DNA of 64,000 nt from IMG/VR virus record IMGVR_UViG_3300031951_000044; one strand, given 5' to 3'. Shown piece by piece: positions 54,588 to 64,000 of the stretch (position 1 is its first letter; every line of letters begins with the position of its first letter). Both the position numbers and the translations under genes were made by a program. Source of the stretch: a virus (taxonomy: Duplodnaviria > Heunggongvirae > Uroviricota > Caudoviricetes). The notes beneath the pieces are model-generated. The model did not search any database, was not told the origin of the DNA, and was given only the letters and a program-made list of their open reading frames with translations.

Positions 54588-55979
54588 TTATTGTGTTTTT
54601 TGATTATAATTAATCATTTTAAAGATTTTATTCATTTCTTCGTTAATTTTATCTTTTTTAGAATCCTCAGTTGATTCTAATGTTTTAAAGATTTTATTAA
54701 CTTCCATTCCTTTTTTTGCATCAGTTTCACCAGCAAAATCAGTTACCGGTTGAGGTGCTTTGTTATATGACTGTCGCTTTAATGCTGCTAAATAATTCTT
54801 TTTTCTCTTTTCATTTATTTTTTCACCTAAGTCTGTTTTTTCAGCATTTGCATAATCTGACGAATTTCCTGTTTTTGACGAACCTTTGATGTTCATCTCA
54901 ACCCACTCTTCATTAGGTTTAATTTCATCATAGTCTATATTCTCCATACCTGCGGTCTGTGCAAAGTTTTCAATATATTCATCAACCGCTTTTGAGGGGG
55001 TATATGCCTTTTTAGTCATTTTAGTCAATTGACCGTTTCCTTTTGGAAATGTTTTAGGGTTCATATCAAAATCACCTTTTGAACCGTCTTTTAAATATTC
55101 TTTAAACTTTTTTGTGACCGATTTAATGTAGTCATCATTTTCTTTACCAGACTCTTTATGTGATTTTTTATAAACATCTAAACCCTTAGCAGATTTTTGT
55201 TCGTTTACAATATTTTCGATAAATGTGACCATTTCTTCTTCTGTCATTGTAACTTTATCACTCTTTTTAGGTTTTCTATTATCTTTAAAAGCTTTTTCTG
55301 CCTCAAGTCTAGTAACATCATAAACTTTACCAACTAAACGATACATATCGTTCAAACCACCACCACTTCTATGTGTTGTGATACAATCAACATTTGATTC
55401 TTTAGGTGGGCAAATTCTATGACCGCTTTTTAATTCGCTGATATCGAACTTTAAAATTTTTTCAAAATACTTGATTAAATTATTATATTCCTTTTCTTTA
55501 GAAATTTCATTAATTATTTCAATGGATTCACTAACTTTAGCTTTTCCTTTACCTTTCCAACCTTGTTTAGCTCTTTTAGCAAAATAAAGCTGACTCATTT
55601 TAGTTTTGTTTGAATCAGGAACTTTTTTACCTTCTTCTTTATATTTTTCATTTTGATTTTTTAACTTCTTAATTGCAGCATCAAGTTCAGAAATTGACAT
55701 ATCGACATATTCACCCGTCTGTTCAACATCAACATCACCTTTCCACTTCTCATCTAATTCGGAATATTCTTCAACTTTAAATTTTTTACCGTCAACTTGA
55801 AATTCTTTTTTATTTTCTTTTCTTGCGGTGGCTAGTGCTCCAGTAAACGCATTACCTTCTTCAACCTCTTTACCCATATCTGTTTTTAATTTTTTAACAA
55901 TTGATTCAGCTTTTTCTTGGATGGATTCTTCAAGAACTTGATTTATTAAGGATGTGATATATTTTTTTTCGTTCTCCAT
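54588..55979 (-). CDS. lysine-rich hypothetical protein (463 aa)
   Basis: ORF, K/E-rich. Confidence 0.5.
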   Translation of the reverse strand: MENEKKYITSLINQVLEESIQEKAESIVKKLKTDMGKEVEEGNAFTGALATARKENKKEFQVDGKKFKVEEYSELDEKWKGDVDVEQTGEYVDMSISELDAAIKKLKNQNEKYKEEGKKVPDSNKTKMSQLYFAKRAKQGWKGKGKAKVSESIEIINEISKEKEYNNLIKYFEKILKFDISELKSGHRICPPKESNVDCITTHRSGGGLNDMYRLVGKVYDVTRLEAEKAFKDNRKPKKSDKVTMTEEEMVTFIENIVNEQKSAKGLDVYKKSHKESGKENDDYIKSVTKKFKEYLKDGSKGDFDMNPKTFPKGNGQLTKMTKKAYTPSKAVDEYIENFAQTAGMENIDYDEIKPNEEWVEMNIKGSSKTGNSSDYANAEKTDLGEKINEKRKKNYLAALKRQSYNKAPQPVTDFAGETDAKKGMEVNKIFKTLESTEDSKKDKINEEMNKIFKMINYNQKTQ

Positions 55980-56010
55980 TTTTATTTTTAATTATAAATA
56001 TCGTTATATT

Positions 56011-56781
56011 TTAAATTATTCCTTTTTTTTGCATTTCATAAATGAGAATATTTTTAATTATATTTTCAGATATATTATGTTTTTCAGAAATCTTTTTAAT
56101 AATATTATTAAGTTGTTCATTTTCAAATAACTTCAACGACTTAATGTTGCCTTGATTGCAGTATGGAAAGGTCTTACATTTTTTCTTAACTTCAACAAAT
56201 TTACCACCGGGGTACTGTGTTTTAGAGGCTCCTCTCCAATCTTTTTTATTCATGCTTTTAGCTAAGAATGCTGGACCCGAATACTGACCAGCAGATGATG
56301 CGCCAGTAGCTTCTTTTGTTTCGGTTTTCTTTCCTTTTTTTTCCAGTTTTTCTAATTTATCGTAATATTTTGGATCTTCGGTAAGATGATCCATAGCAAT
56401 TTCTTTTCTAGAACCAGTTTTACTAACATGTTCTTTTTCAACATTCATACCTTTCTTTAATTGTTTTTCTAATGTCGTTTTTTTAACATTATGTTTTTTT
56501 GCTAATTGATTTAACGTTTTATTATCTGCCATACCACCTTTAAGGGTCTCTTCTTTGGTTTCACCATTAGAAAGTGACTGAATATATGCACCAGATGACC
56601 CCGATGTTGTCGCTTCTTTTGTTATTCGTTTTTTAGTTTTTTTATTTTTTTCTTCGTTAGCATTAACTTTCATCTGATTTTTTAAATCTGATGCTTTTAT
56701 TGCCATTTCACCTCTAGAAACATCACTTTGTGCTGCTGCTTGTGAAAATGCGCTATCTATTGTATCTTTAATGTTTGCCAT
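56011..56781 (-). CDS. lysine-rich hypothetical protein (256 aa)
   Basis: ORF. Confidence 0.5.
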   Translation of the reverse strand: MANIKDTIDSAFSQAAAQSDVSRGEMAIKASDLKNQMKVNANEEKNKKTKKRITKEATTSGSSGAYIQSLSNGETKEETLKGGMADNKTLNQLAKKHNVKKTTLEKQLKKGMNVEKEHVSKTGSRKEIAMDHLTEDPKYYDKLEKLEKKGKKTETKEATGASSAGQYSGPAFLAKSMNKKDWRGASKTQYPGGKFVEVKKKCKTFPYCNQGNIKSLKLFENEQLNNIIKKISEKHNISENIIKNILIYEMQKKGII

Positions 56782-56785
56782 TATA

Positions 56786-57031
56786 TTATGCTGATTTTAT
56801 TCTTGATTCCCAGTAAGATCTCTGGGTATACATGAATCCATAAAATTCACGTAACATTCTTACAACAATGTCCTTAACATCGCTTTCAATCTTACCTCTA
56901 GAAATTTCTTTTCTAATCACATCAATCATTTTATCCTCAAACTGATTTAGTGTGTTAGAATTTAAGAAATCTTTAATTTCTTTTCTAATCATTACTTCAA
57001 TATCTCTTTTATCGGTATCGGTTAGTGCCAT
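56786..57031 (-). CDS. hypothetical protein
   Basis: ORF. Confidence 0.4.
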   Translation of the reverse strand: MALTDTDKRDIEVMIRKEIKDFLNSNTLNQFEDKMIDVIRKEISRGKIESDVKDIVVRMLREFYGFMYTQRSYWESRIKSA

Positions 57032-57037
57032 GTGATA

Positions 57038-57622
57038 TTATTTTAAAGGTTCAGTTTTTTTTCTTATTGTAATTATTTTACCCCATCTAACTTTAAATTT
57101 ATCATAAAATTTTTGAAGTTTATCGATAAATGCCAAATATTCTTCATCTACTTTATTCATAGTGCCATTTACATAAATCCCGTTTGTTTCACCGACAGAA
57201 AAAATAAATTCTAAATCCATATCAATTATTTTACCTGACCATTCAACATCGCTAGAGTATAAATTAAGAGGATAAAATTCAACTAGATTTGAAACTTCCT
57301 CTATGAATTCATTCATTGTATCTTGAAATGCAGCTTTTTCATCGATAGTTAACTGTAAATCGGAATTTGTTTTACCATGAACAACAATAAACCCACCAGA
57401 AACTCTATATTTCTGTTGTTTATCCTTAGGTGTGACTTCATCACGTAATTCATCATCTTCGATATCTTTTTCAATTTCTTTAGCCATATTAATTCTTTCT
57501 TGTTCAGAAATTAAAGAAGCATTATTCCAAATTTTTTTAATATCTTCCATTACCAAATCATTTTTCTGTAATGATCTAGATTTTTTAAGTAATTCTTTTA
57601 TTTCGTCGTAATTATTTTTCAT
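57038..57622 (-). CDS. hypothetical protein
   Basis: ORF. Confidence 0.45.
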   Translation of the reverse strand: MKNNYDEIKELLKKSRSLQKNDLVMEDIKKIWNNASLISEQERINMAKEIEKDIEDDELRDEVTPKDKQQKYRVSGGFIVVHGKTNSDLQLTIDEKAAFQDTMNEFIEEVSNLVEFYPLNLYSSDVEWSGKIIDMDLEFIFSVGETNGIYVNGTMNKVDEEYLAFIDKLQKFYDKFKVRWGKIITIRKKTEPLK

Positions 57623-58208
57623 ATTCTAATTTTTTAATAAAGGTTGAGAAGGGAAACGATGGGTTTAAATCGGTATAAAATGAGTTATAATTACTCCTAC
57701 AAGTAATTCCTTCGTAAGTTTCAACTGAAACAGATTTTGTATTATGTCCAATAAATTTATATTTCATTGACATTTCCATTGTTATATTTTTACATAATTC
57801 AATTAATGAGTTTATTTGTTCGTCGGTATAAGTATCCCAAAAAAAATAATCTCTCCACTTCTTCTCATAAATATCTTGTTTTTTAATAATTCCCAACCAA
57901 TTTGAATAATAATCTTTCATAGGAACTTTCTCAACCCAACCAATATTTTCTAAACATATATGTATTAAATCATTTTTATTACTTGATAAAAAATATTCAG
58001 AAATACACTCTGGGCTTATAAAACAAAAAATCTCACCATTTTTCTTTATAAAATAGTGAGGTATTTTTTTGCTTTTACCGTTAAATCTATAAATTAGTTG
58101 ATTTTTGAAATCATCAAAATATCTAAAGGAGTTTGAAAGTAATATTTGTTTTTTACTTTCATTTTTCTCAAAGATATCTGTTGTTAATTTAAACTCATTA
58201 TTCACCAT
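57612..58208 (-). CDS. hypothetical protein
   Basis: ORF. Confidence 0.45.
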   Translation of the reverse strand: MVNNEFKLTTDIFEKNESKKQILLSNSFRYFDDFKNQLIYRFNGKSKKIPHYFIKKNGEIFCFISPECISEYFLSSNKNDLIHICLENIGWVEKVPMKDYYSNWLGIIKKQDIYEKKWRDYFFWDTYTDEQINSLIELCKNITMEMSMKYKFIGHNTKSVSVETYEGITCRSNYNSFYTDLNPSFPFSTFIKKLEYEK

Positions 58209-58938
58209 TTTTGGTGTAGACTAATTTTTTTATTGTTGGTTCTGTTTGATTTTGAGTTTCATCAATGACTGAATCTTCTGTGATTGATTGTTTTTTTAAT
58301 AAAATTTCCTCCATTTTTTTAATTTCTTCTTCTGTTGGGTTAATCGGTTTTTCTTCTGGGAGTTGTTCGTTCTCCCACTTTGATAACTTTTTACTCAATT
58401 CCTCAATATCTTGCGTATCTTGTTGGATTGATTTGGTATTAATATCATTAGTTTTAACTTCTTTATCTTCTTTTTGTTTTTCAGTAAAAACAACCAGCAT
58501 GTGTGCAAAAGTCAATGAAATAAATGGTAATAACCCACCGGTAAAGAAAGCTAATATTCTTTTCTGAGATGGTATATCTAACAACTCAATTCCCATAGGT
58601 TCAAATAAAGGGCCAATTAATTCAACCCAATTTTTAAATGCAACTGATGTTTCATCAATAAATGAGTAGGCAAAAAAAAGATTACCTAGAAATTGGATTA
58701 TTGTTACGATTATAAATGGTATATAAATAAATCTACCCATTTTAACAGAAACTGCGGCTAATGCAGATAGTGCAGCGATTTCAATTGCTATTGATAAATA
58801 GATAGACCAAACAATTGGATTTGATAATTCATACATAGTTGTTACATGAGAAATAGAAACAAATGCAACCAATAAAATTGGTATTATAAAGCAAGTTACT
58901 ATTATGTTTTTCAAGTTATTTTGTATCCAATTTTTCAT
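58198..58938 (-). CDS. integral membrane protein (4 TM) with hydrophilic C-terminus
   Basis: multiple hydrophobic helices. Confidence 0.5.
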   Translation of the reverse strand: MKNWIQNNLKNIIVTCFIIPILLVAFVSISHVTTMYELSNPIVWSIYLSIAIEIAALSALAAVSVKMGRFIYIPFIIVTIIQFLGNLFFAYSFIDETSVAFKNWVELIGPLFEPMGIELLDIPSQKRILAFFTGGLLPFISLTFAHMLVVFTEKQKEDKEVKTNDINTKSIQQDTQDIEELSKKLSKWENEQLPEEKPINPTEEEIKKMEEILLKKQSITEDSVIDETQNQTEPTIKKLVYTKNGE

Positions 58939-58939
58939 G

Positions 58940-59371
58940 TCATTGATTTATATTTTTATAATTGCGCCATGTCGAATAGAACCAAACAATTAAAGTGATA
59001 ATTAATAACAATGTTCCAACCCAACCATTCTCATTCCAAGTAATAATAGATGTGATATGACCAAAAATCATTATCATGGACATAATAATTACTTTTGTCC
59101 AAGGTGTTCTTCCAACACCTGTCGGTCTTTTTAAGTACTGACAAAATGTTTCTTGTCTTATTTCATCTAACCTATATTTTAATTTACGACCAGCATTATT
59201 GATCACTTCAACACCAATTATGGCGTTATCTTCATCTTCTAATGATGGTGTATATATGGGCCAAGAATTTAATGTTAATAATCTTTTTACAATATACCAT
59301 TCATTTGTTTCGATTATGAATATTCCCTCACCAACATTTGGAATCCAAACATTATTTTTTATGTCTTTCAT
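58940..59371 (-). CDS. membrane protein
   Basis: C-terminal TM helices. Confidence 0.45.
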   Translation of the reverse strand: MKDIKNNVWIPNVGEGIFIIETNEWYIVKRLLTLNSWPIYTPSLEDEDNAIIGVEVINNAGRKLKYRLDEIRQETFCQYLKRPTGVGRTPWTKVIIMSMIMIFGHITSIITWNENGWVGTLLLIITLIVWFYSTWRNYKNINQ

Positions 59372-59630
59372 TTTTTAATTGATTAATGGGTATTTTATTT
59401 TTATCGCTCAATTCCTCCAATTCAAGAAAATCCCACATATTATTTTGTAGGTTTTTATTTAATGTTTTTTCAGTGATTGTTCTTTTTTCCAAAGAATCTA
59501 TTTTATTCTCAATTATCGTTATTTTTTTATTAACTCTAGAAATTTCGCTACCAGCACCACAGCTTCTAAAGAAGATTAAAAATAGAAATACCAGAACAAT
59601 AATATTAAAATATTTTTCAATTATTTTCAT
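59352..59630 (-). CDS. membrane-anchored protein
   Basis: N-terminal TM. Confidence 0.4.
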   Translation of the reverse strand: MKIIEKYFNIIVLVFLFLIFFRSCGAGSEISRVNKKITIIENKIDSLEKRTITEKTLNKNLQNNMWDFLELEELSDKNKIPINQLKNERHKK

Positions 59631-59655
59631 TTTTTTTTGTTTTTTTTAATAAATA

Positions 59656-60456
59656 TCACATATATTCAAATAACTCTGATGATTGGTTTCTAAGCTTTCT
59701 CAATGCTCTTTCTTTTATTTGACGAATACGTTCTTTGGTAAGATTAAAATCATTTCCAATTTCCTCAAGTGTTCTTGTTGATCCACTTAAACCAAAATAA
59801 TCATCAATAATAACTTTCTCCCTCTCATCAAGAATATTCATAACATCAAATAATTTTTGTTTTAATGTGTCCTGAGTTGAGAACCCTGAGTCGGGTGATA
59901 ACGCATTTGGGTTTACAATTACATCAATCAATGAATCACCATCTTCATTAATATTCATATCTAATTTAACAATTGACGGTAATGAAGAAAATCTATCTGA
60001 CAGGTTATCACCAGTTTTTTCAGACTTTTTCTTTTCCTTTTGTAAATCTTGAATTACGTTTACAGGAATTCTAATTGATCTAGATTTTTCATTTAATGAT
60101 TGAATTACTGATTGTCTAATCCACCAAACAGCATATGAAATAAATCTTAATTTTTTGGTCCAATCAAAGCTATCAATTGCCTTAATCAAACCCAAATTAC
60201 CTTCAGCAATTAAGTCACCCAATTCCAGTCCTTGATTTTGATATTGTTTTGCCACACTAATGACAAACCGTAAGTTACCCTCAAGGAGTTCTTTTTTAAT
60301 ATCATCTATCTGCTCTTTATTTGCGATGCCGCTATTCATTACTTCAGAAAGCTCTCTTTCCCTTTCAGGAGTCATTACTTTAAATTTACGGATATCTTTT
60401 AAGTACCCATAAATTTCTTCTTGGTTAATTGAAACTGTAGTGTTTTTGTCTTTCAT
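59656..60456 (-). CDS. sigma-70 family RNA polymerase sigma factor
   Basis: region 2 LRFVISVAKQYQNQGLELGDLIAEGNLGLIKAIDSFD; region 4 TLEEIGNDFNLTKERIRQIKERALRKLR. Confidence 0.75.
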   Translation of the reverse strand: MKDKNTTVSINQEEIYGYLKDIRKFKVMTPERERELSEVMNSGIANKEQIDDIKKELLEGNLRFVISVAKQYQNQGLELGDLIAEGNLGLIKAIDSFDWTKKLRFISYAVWWIRQSVIQSLNEKSRSIRIPVNVIQDLQKEKKKSEKTGDNLSDRFSSLPSIVKLDMNINEDGDSLIDVIVNPNALSPDSGFSTQDTLKQKLFDVMNILDEREKVIIDDYFGLSGSTRTLEEIGNDFNLTKERIRQIKERALRKLRNQSSELFEYM

Positions 60457-60460
60457 TTTA

Positions 60461-61024
60461 TTAATATTTTGAGTTTTTTAAAAAATTTTTTTCTTCTTCG
60501 GTTAATGATTCATAACCAGTTTTATTTATCTTATCTAAAATGTCATCAATTGTATAATTTATTTTTTGACTTTCGGTATTGTCTTGTGGTGTAAAAATTG
60601 TGACACCAAAAGTTGTGCCGCTTATCGGCAAAGGTAATGAAATTTCCCCTTCAAAAATAGAAAAATTTGGTCCAACTCCTTTTTTTTCTGGAATAAAATT
60701 TCTAGTGTCCAAATCAACATTTTCTGTTTCGTTCTCTAAATCAAATAAATGATTATATAAATTTTTTGGCATATTTACTGACAACTTGTCAGAATAATTT
60801 AATAAAAAATATTGATTTACTAATAATGCGAGAACTTCAGAAACATAATCCTTTAATTCATTAAATTCTAAATCAGTTTTAAAATTTATAATCATAGAAT
60901 TATCACCATAATTAAATTTTAATTTTGGTGAAACAACAATCGGTGAAAGACATTCGGTAATTAAAGTAATTTTATTTTCGTTATCTTTAAAATCCGAATA
61001 AATAAACAATAAGTATGTTTCCAT
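60461..61024 (-). CDS. hypothetical protein
   Basis: ORF. Confidence 0.45.
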   Translation of the reverse strand: METYLLFIYSDFKDNENKITLITECLSPIVVSPKLKFNYGDNSMIINFKTDLEFNELKDYVSEVLALLVNQYFLLNYSDKLSVNMPKNLYNHLFDLENETENVDLDTRNFIPEKKGVGPNFSIFEGEISLPLPISGTTFGVTIFTPQDNTESQKINYTIDDILDKINKTGYESLTEEEKNFLKNSKY

Positions 61025-61063
61025 TTTATTTTTTTCTGATATTTATGTTTAAAACTATTTAAT

Positions 61064-61465
61064 ATGTCTAAAAAAATTAAATTAACCGAATCTGAATTAA
61101 TTACTGAATTAAAAAAATTTTTATTAGAGCAATCTGATAATGATGAGTTTAATGATGAAGAGATTGATGACTATAATCCAAGACAAGAATTAATTAATAA
61201 ATTAAAGCAATTAATAGATTCTAATGATGAATTTGATGAAGCTGTCATTGATGATATTGATTCAGATGGTAAGCCACATAGAAGAGCTAGAGGCTCGATA
61301 TATGTTGATTTATTTGTTCCTGAAACTGACGATAAAGAATTTGATCGTAATGTTGCCATGAAAATGATGGAATATTTTGCCAGCCAAATTAAAGAAAATA
61401 ATTATGTGGGCGGTGTTGCATTTAAAACTGGTGATTTAACAAATCCATTTGATGCTAAATTTTAA
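61064..61465 (+). CDS. acidic hypothetical protein
   Basis: plus ORF in intergenic gap. Confidence 0.4.
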   Translation: MSKKIKLTESELITELKKFLLEQSDNDEFNDEEIDDYNPRQELINKLKQLIDSNDEFDEAVIDDIDSDGKPHRRARGSIYVDLFVPETDDKEFDRNVAMKMMEYFASQIKENNYVGGVAFKTGDLTNPFDAKF

Positions 61466-63789
61466 TTAACAATCTTACTAATGTTATTTTCTTTCTTAAT
61501 TTTAATTATACTATCAGCCCAATTTGATACTAATGGATTATGTGTAATAATTAAGATTTTGTCAAAATACTCCTTTATTTTCTTGAAGAACTCTCCAACC
61601 ATTTCTAAATTATCATCAGATACTTTACCAAAAATCTCATCGAATACTATAATATTCGGTTTCGGTAATGAACAAACTTTTGACAGAACGGACCTAAGGG
61701 CTAGACTTGCAATTGTTCTTTCATAACCAGAACCTGTGACCATAAGTTTTTCAATTCCGCTTGAGTTATCCGTCATCCAGAACTCAACTTCATTTTTATC
61801 ATTTATTTTAATTTGAAGAGTAAATAATGCGGAATCCTCAAGAAGTCTTTGGAGTTCAGAATTAATTAATGGAATCATAGATTTCATTATAATTTTTGAA
61901 ATTCCATTTTTACCGTAAATATCAAGATATATTTTATATATTTTCTCTTTTTCAAATTCTTCAGCAATTTTAATAATTCTCTTATTGTTCTCATCTATTT
62001 TCTGATGATAAGATTTAATCTGGAAATTGTTGTTATTAATTTCTTTGTTTACCCTATCTTTATCCGAATTTAATTCATCAATCCTAACTTTTGCTTTTAT
62101 TAGCAGACCATCAATCTTTTGATTATCTGCAATTTTACTTTGTGCATCATTATATCGATTAATTTTTTCCTCAATAGAGTTTATTTTAATATCGCAAGCA
62201 TCAATACTAACTTCAAATTTCTCCTTAATTAATTTTGCTTTTTCATATTCATCAAATTCTTTCTTTAATTTAGTAAAACTTTGTTCACTAACAGATAATG
62301 AATTTAGTTCATTATTAATTAAATTTAATTTGTCGGTTAAATCATTTTTTCTAGAAATTTTTTCCTGCGTATATGTTGCATTTATTAATTCAATTCCGCA
62401 GTGCTCACATTTTATCCCATTTGAGTACTTAGACATTAATGAATCAATTTCTCGTAATTGACTACCTATAACAGCAACTTCACTTTTTCTAGTTGTGATT
62501 TTTTCTTTAACTTCATCATGTTTATCCTCATGATAAAATTCCGATGGTTCAACTACTTTAAGGACGGATAATTCTTTTTGATAATCAGTCTTTTCTTTGG
62601 TTATCTTTATAATGTCGTTTTTAGCTTTTTCGGGTTCAAAGATAATCAAATCTTTGTCAATATCAGAATGTTTTGTTTTTAATAAATCTTCGCGGTATTT
62701 TTCACCGATTTTAATCTTCTCGATAACCTCATTTAATTTAACATCAAGTTCTTTATTAGAATCGTTTAAAATACCAATCATTTTTTCATGTTCAATATTG
62801 TCATTTTTTAATTGCTCAACATTAAACACATTTGAAAGCATTCCTTTTGAATAATTCGAGTAAAGCTCTTTAGCTATTTCTTCTTTCTTCTTAAGAACAT
62901 CTAACCCAAGGAATCTACTTAAAACTTGACCTCTAGCGGTGGGTTTTGCTTCTAAGAGTTCTTCTAGATTGGAAGATGTTGTTAGAATAGTCATTAAGAA
63001 ATCTTCTTGTTCACCAATTGATGTTTTTATAAATTTCTCAGTCTCTCTTCTTTGTTCTCCTGTGAAATTTTGAAGCTCACCATCTGGAAGAACTTTAAAA
63101 AAATCAAGTTCGGTTTTTACATTCCACTCACCTGTTTTATTTAATTTTCTTTCTGCGGTTCTAATAATCACATAATCTTCACCATCAATATTAATAGTTC
63201 CCTTTACAGTGACCTTATTCTTATCTGAGAATTTATTAAAGATATCTTCAGCTTTTGAAGTTCTAGATGTTGAGTTAAAAAATAGATATAAAAGTAATTC
63301 CAGCCCTAAAATTGTTTTACCCCCGAAATTTTTTGGATTCGACTCAATAACACTAATACCTCTTAATGTTTCATAATCCAAAACTTGGTCCTCACCATAC
63401 GATAAAAAATTTGAAAATTCAATTTTTTTGATATACCATTTTTTAAATGGTGAAATATCTGGGTTACTTAATACCAAATTATTTTCAACAATGTTGTTTA
63501 TTCCAACAACATCCTCATAAGAATTCTCAAGACCTTTTTGAGTTAAATAATTTTTAACAACATCAAGTTGATAATTTTTATCTAGAATGTTAAAAGAGGT
63601 GTCAACAGTTGTATCCTCTTCTTCTTTCTCAAGGATTGTTTTTAAAACAATGTTAACATTAGAGGTATTATACTTCTTTGAAAAATATGTTTTGACACGC
63701 TTAATTCTTTCCTGCGTGAAATTTTCTGGTGAATCCTCCCAAACAATCTGTACATAGGGGTTATCTAATTTTTCTATTGAAATATTCAT
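61462..63789 (-). CDS. Rad50/SbcC-like recombination ATPase (T4 gp46-like)
   Basis: Walker A NPKNFGGKT; long coiled coil with CxxC hook (CEHCG); C-terminal signature/Walker B ...IIVFDE...ILIITHN. Confidence 0.7.
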   Translation of the reverse strand: MNISIEKLDNPYVQIVWEDSPENFTQERIKRVKTYFSKKYNTSNVNIVLKTILEKEEEDTTVDTSFNILDKNYQLDVVKNYLTQKGLENSYEDVVGINNIVENNLVLSNPDISPFKKWYIKKIEFSNFLSYGEDQVLDYETLRGISVIESNPKNFGGKTILGLELLLYLFFNSTSRTSKAEDIFNKFSDKNKVTVKGTINIDGEDYVIIRTAERKLNKTGEWNVKTELDFFKVLPDGELQNFTGEQRRETEKFIKTSIGEQEDFLMTILTTSSNLEELLEAKPTARGQVLSRFLGLDVLKKKEEIAKELYSNYSKGMLSNVFNVEQLKNDNIEHEKMIGILNDSNKELDVKLNEVIEKIKIGEKYREDLLKTKHSDIDKDLIIFEPEKAKNDIIKITKEKTDYQKELSVLKVVEPSEFYHEDKHDEVKEKITTRKSEVAVIGSQLREIDSLMSKYSNGIKCEHCGIELINATYTQEKISRKNDLTDKLNLINNELNSLSVSEQSFTKLKKEFDEYEKAKLIKEKFEVSIDACDIKINSIEEKINRYNDAQSKIADNQKIDGLLIKAKVRIDELNSDKDRVNKEINNNNFQIKSYHQKIDENNKRIIKIAEEFEKEKIYKIYLDIYGKNGISKIIMKSMIPLINSELQRLLEDSALFTLQIKINDKNEVEFWMTDNSSGIEKLMVTGSGYERTIASLALRSVLSKVCSLPKPNIIVFDEIFGKVSDDNLEMVGEFFKKIKEYFDKILIITHNPLVSNWADSIIKIKKENNISKIVN

Positions 63790-63792
63790 TCG

Positions 63793-63978
63793 TTAAATAG
63801 TTTTTTGCTCTTCATTTTGTGTATCACCTGATGTTTTAGCACTAATCTCCTTAATTCTCTCCATCATTACTTTTTTATACATTTCACTGTATATTTTCTC
63901 AACACGATTACGTTCTTGTTTAATACGTTCATTACGTGCTTTAATTTTTTTTCTATGTTCTTTCTTTTTTTGTCCCAT
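63793..63978 (-). CDS. small basic protein
   Basis: K/R-rich ORF. Confidence 0.35.
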   Translation of the reverse strand: MGQKKKEHRKKIKARNERIKQERNRVEKIYSEMYKKVMMERIKEISAKTSGDTQNEEQKTI

Positions 63979-64000
63979 TTTATTTATTTTTAGATTCTTC

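Overview
The window is AT-rich (about 70% A+T) and reads as part of a large phage genome infecting a Bacteroidetes (Flavobacteriia-type) host. Host inference rests on near-ubiquitous Bacteroidetes-type TAnnTTTG -7 promoter boxes and on a T9SS C-terminal sorting domain in one product.

Coding is dense and almost entirely on the minus strand (1-41.4 kb and 43.3-64 kb), with a few plus-strand islands. Most ORFs are small and unrecognisable; the calls made are:
- HNH endonuclease
- TilS (tRNA-Ile lysidine synthetase) next to a CAT-anticodon tRNA
- a tRNA-Arg(TCT) plus tRNA-like elements in a GC-rich noncoding RNA island beside a homing-endonuclease-like gene
- two RNA ligases (KxDG motif I), one with an N-terminal tRNA-binding OB fold
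- NUDIX, HD, metallophosphoesterase and SLOG/DUF2493 proteins
- a short IleRS-like class I aaRS (HLGH / GWDCHGLPIE / KLSKS)
- a tyrosine recombinase
- DnaJ, glutaredoxin, a lytic transglycosylase, a sigma-70 family factor, a Rad50/gp46-like ATPase, an SPFH protein and LRR-like repeat proteins

The most striking structure is at 24.2-32.8 kb, immediately upstream of the tyrosine recombinase gene. About 17 unrelated small ORFs, one with strongly foreign GC content, are each separated by imperfect-palindrome elements. These elements have conserved YTAAC...GTTAKR cores, complementary L boxes and asymmetric spacers, which is the attC-like architecture of an integron-type gene-cassette array. Other points of interest:
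- a putative AUA-decoding module (tRNA-CAT + TilS + minimalist IleRS)
- a tRNA-repair/nucleotide-processing enzyme cluster
- homopolymeric G tracts and 48-bp iterons in a 650-bp noncoding region (candidate origin)
- a tandem duplication of AT-hook mini-protein genes
- an exact 126-bp duplication of a gene 5' end
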